A DNA stretch of 64,000 nt, taken from positions 1,888,001-1,952,000 of the forward strand of contig CAWDVE010000010.1 in the NCBI GenBank assembly GCA_963805625.1, read 5' to 3'. Made by a program: the position numbers and the translations under genes. The notes under the pieces are model-generated. The model worked only from the letters and a program-made list of their open reading frames with translations. It made no database searches and was not told where the DNA came from. Each line of letters begins with the position of its first letter. The stretch's first letter is position 1. This document shows, one piece after another, positions 61,162-64,000 of the stretch. The stretch comes from an uncultured Candidatus Rokubacteria bacterium. Lineage in GTDB: Bacteria > Methylomirabilota > Methylomirabilia > Rokubacteriales > DASRDR01.

Positions 61162-62245
61162 CTAGTCAGTCCCTAGTATAGGCGACACTTGGCGCATGAA
61201 AGAAGGAGCGAACCAGAGCCGGTCGCGCTTGAATACCCGCCAGATCCACCTGGACGCGGCTTCGAAGCGATTCGTCTTTCCGCAACGGGGTCTTGCTGCC
61301 GCCTTGGCGCTTGAGGTGGTTCCAGACGAACTCGTCGGGGTTCAACTCCGGCGCAGAGCCGGGCAGGAAATGCAGCTCGAGGCGACCGGCAAGCTGCTGG
61401 ACGTACTGCGCGACTACGTTGGCGATGTGCGCGGGGTGGCCGTCGAGGACGAGGAACACGGCGCGCTTGCGCCCGCGCATGAAGTGCGTCAGCAACTCGA
61501 CGAACCGTGGGGCGTTGAGCCGTTCGGTGTAGATCTCGTACCAGAAGGCGCCGCGGGCGTTGACGGCGGAGATGGCGCTCACGCTCTGGCGCCGGCCGCT
61601 CGTGGGGACCTCGGGCGTCTGCCCCCGCAGACCCCACGTCCGCCCGAGGACTTGGTCGGAACGGACCCCGGCCTCATCGAGGAAGAAGATCTTCGCGCCG
61701 ACGCGCTTGGCCCGCGCGCGCAGGCGGGGGAACACCGCCGTTTTCCAGTGCTCGATCGCCACGGGATCGCGCTCGTAGGCGCGGCGCAACGGTTTCTGGG
61801 GCGTGATGTCCAACTCGGTGAGGAGGCGACCGACGGCGGTCACGCCCAGCCGCACGCCGAACTTCTGTGCGATCAGCGCCGCTACAATCTGCCGAGTCCA
61901 GAGGCCAAAGTCGAAGCCGTACTGGCGCGGGTCCTTGCCATTGATCCATCGCCGGACCTGGAGCTTCTGGCGCGGCGTCAGGGCCGGCTTCCGCCCCGGA
62001 TGTGTTCGCGCGGTGAGCGCCGCTGGGCCGCGTCGCCGCACCGCGGTCAGCCATTTGTAGATCGTGGTGCGACACAACCCATAGCCTTTGATGACGTCGC
62101 TCGGCGCTTCGCCTTCCTGCACGCGCCGCACGGCCATGCGCCGGATTGTCTCGGAGGTCTCGTGCGACAGGGTCCGCCCGTCGATCCGCATAACCCTTCA
62201 TATCACAATCCGATCGCAGTGTAGCCTAAAGACAGGACTGGTTAG
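61162..62245 (-). mobile_element. IS630 family element with TA target duplication
   Basis: TA|CTAGTCAGTCC ... GGACTGGTTAG|TA imperfect inverted repeats. Confidence 0.85.
61166..62191 (-). CDS. IS630 transposase (single ORF)
   Basis: HTH, LWT, FFLDE, LVLDG and PELNPDE-VW motifs. Confidence 0.95.
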   Translation of the reverse strand: MRIDGRTLSHETSETIRRMAVRRVQEGEAPSDVIKGYGLCRTTIYKWLTAVRRRGPAALTARTHPGRKPALTPRQKLQVRRWINGKDPRQYGFDFGLWTRQIVAALIAQKFGVRLGVTAVGRLLTELDITPQKPLRRAYERDPVAIEHWKTAVFPRLRARAKRVGAKIFFLDEAGVRSDQVLGRTWGLRGQTPEVPTSGRRQSVSAISAVNARGAFWYEIYTERLNAPRFVELLTHFMRGRKRAVFLVLDGHPAHIANVVAQYVQQLAGRLELHFLPGSAPELNPDEFVWNHLKRQGGSKTPLRKDESLRSRVQVDLAGIQARPALVRSFFHAPSVAYTRD

Positions 62246-62449
62246 TAACCAACGGCGCGCCGGGACAGCTGATATCCCAGTGCGTTAGCGTCTTGTTGCT
62301 AATCTTCAGATGGACCTCGACCGCCGACATGCCCCCGTGACGTCGAGCGGAATCTCAGGGGGCGCCACGGTGCCAATCGCTCGAGCGCGACCAGACCACT
62401 TGGCGCGGTAGGCGCCATAGGGTCGGTCGATCCACCCGCTCTCATCGAG

Positions 62450-62944
62450 CTACAACCACCGGCGCACGGAGGCCTTGTAGTCCCGGTACTCGGCAGCGAA
62501 TCTCGCCTCGAGGTATCGCTCCTCCCTCGGCACGACGACCCACTGGATAATTGGGACAGCAGTCGCGAGCGTGGCGATGAGCCACCAGCTGTTCACCCAA
62601 ACCGCAATACCCAGCTGCAAGAGCGAGAATGCCAGGTAGATCGGATTCCGGCTGAAGCGGTACAGACCGGTCCGGACAATGACCGTGGTCGGCTTCCGCG
62701 CGGGCACCGGCGTGCCGGCAGCGCGGAACCGCTGCACCGAGAAGCCAAACAGTAGGAGGGACCCCACGACCAGGATGGCTCCCAGGGGAGCCGGTGCCAC
62801 CCCGGATAGAACGGGGCGCGGCCACACCCAGTGGAAGGCCAGTCCCGTGGATATCGAAGCCAGGTAGATGAGCGGTGGGCGGAAGACGCCCAGATTGGCC
62901 ACCGCCTCAGTCTGGGAGCCGCTGTTTCGGGGCGTGGTCGCCAT
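62450..62944 (-). CDS. Isoprenylcysteine carboxylmethyltransferase (ICMT/PEMT) family protein
   Basis: PPLIY, GLYRFSRNPIY and REERYL...F...Y-DYK--VRRWL motifs. Confidence 0.92.
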   Translation of the reverse strand: MATTPRNSGSQTEAVANLGVFRPPLIYLASISTGLAFHWVWPRPVLSGVAPAPLGAILVVGSLLLFGFSVQRFRAAGTPVPARKPTTVIVRTGLYRFSRNPIYLAFSLLQLGIAVWVNSWWLIATLATAVPIIQWVVVPREERYLEARFAAEYRDYKASVRRWL

Positions 62945-63384
62945 AGATCAGTTCCAGGCACAAGCTCCGCACACGAATCGGGCTACTCCTTGACCTTCCG
63001 ATCGGCGCGCAGCCGTTGACTCCTCGCGGCTTTGAGCTGGAGCATGACGGTCTCGTGAGCCTTCACCGCTCTGAATTGAGCATGACTCATGATGAAGCCC
63101 GGACCGGCGTTCGGCTCGCTACGGTTGCGGTCGCTGGGTCGAGCTCCATCATGCTAATCTCACAATCAGCGTGGGCAAGGCCAGCGAAGAGCGGGATCGC
63201 CTTGAGCTGGTCCACATGTATCGCCACGTCTCTCCTCCGGGGAGCTCTTCCACTACACGACCAAGCGCTCGAAGAGGGTCGCCGCCACGCTCTGTGCGAT
63301 GGATCACCGTGATCCAGGGACTTCGCTCGCCTTCGGCCCTCCCACAGGCCGAAGGCCGTCCGATCAGGAACGTCGAAGAGTACC

Positions 63385-63605
63385 GGGGGCCGTTCTTGAA
63401 CACGCCGAGCACGTGGTATTGCTTCTTGATCTCTTCGGGGTCGACCTTCGCCCAGGTCGCATCGGAGCAGGAGTCGCGGGTGGCCGCCCGCCGTTCAGGT
63501 CGGTGCTGTTGTAGAACTCGGCTTGGAGGTCCTTCGTCACCGCGTCGCCGCCGATCAGGAAGAGCTCGCAGTAGCGGAGCTTGTTCCAGCCCATGAGGAT
63601 AGAAC
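63385..63605 (-). pseudogene. Fragment of a hypothetical protein
   Basis: LRYCELFLIGGDAVTKDLQAEFYNSTDLN, frameshift, then DSCSDATWAKVDP...VFKNGPRY. Confidence 0.5.
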
Positions 63606-63623
63606 CTGAGGCGACCTCGGAGG

Positions 63624-64000
63624 CTACTGGCCGAGTTGGGCAAGAGCCGCGCGCAGGGGAGCGCTCGAGATCTGGATCAGCCCTGCGAAAGGCGTGTCCA
63701 TTTCGAGAATCAGGAAGAGCGCGCCCGAGACCGAGAGCGCACAGATGACGAGCGTCGCGATGGCCGTCGTGTTGGAAGGCGCGAAGAGCCCGAAGCTCAC
63801 GAACATCACGGTGAGCCAAAAGACGACCACCACCAAAAACGGCGTGGAGATGGCACTACCGCTCTGCTCGAACATCAACCAGCGCGCCCGTGTGAGCTCC
63901 ATGGCGACGTTCAGCGCCTGGGCTTGAAGTGAGCGGTGCGAGTCATCCTTCGGTGTGAGTTCCTGGAGCTTGTCATAGAGAATTTCGTCTCCCGCGCTCC
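63624..64000 (-). CDS. DUF4239/bestrophin-like membrane protein, C-terminal part (start beyond the window)
   Basis: RWLMFEQ...PFLVVVVFWL...SFGLFAP-N...LILEMDTPF-GLIQISS-P. Confidence 0.8.
   Translation of the reverse strand, partial: SAGDEILYDKLQELTPKDDSHRSLQAQALNVAMELTRARWLMFEQSGSAISTPFLVVVVFWLTVMFVSFGLFAPSNTTAIATLVICALSVSGALFLILEMDTPFAGLIQISSAPLRAALAQLGQ

Overview
A GC-rich bacterial window. Its gene repertoire (family-5 peptide ABC systems, LLM, GMC, double-zinc-ribbon cyclase and 'EAGGLMSYG' binding-protein remnants) resembles Rokubacteria/Methylomirabilota; this is inference only. Positions 1-54 kb hold mostly metabolic and transport genes: nucleoside hydrolase, phosphotriesterase, MFS, a putative sigma-54 RND efflux locus, CocE hydrolase, a CoA ligase/hydratase pair, a His-rich protein coupled to a 4Fe-4S membrane protein, two Dpp-type ABC clusters lacking ATPases, glycosyltransferases, ppa, pyk, a FecR/CHASE2 cyclase pair and a GMC oxidoreductase, with many gene remnants in between. 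From two tRNA-Glu remnants at about 54.2-54.4 kb to the end lies a decayed accessory island with Fic, two HNH nucleases, IS481-like and IS630 elements and attC-like cassette remnants. The best novelty candidate is an uncharacterised, tightly coupled three-gene operon (40079 to 37574, minus strand) behind a sigma-54-like promoter. It encodes two Cys-rich beta/alpha proteins and an apparently circularly permuted, ligand-less cupredoxin-like protein. Other notable signals are a class III cyclase with a non-canonical specificity pocket, a duplicated ppa 3' end bracketing 5 kb, and a 39-bp double-palindrome repeat present twice in inverted orientation.
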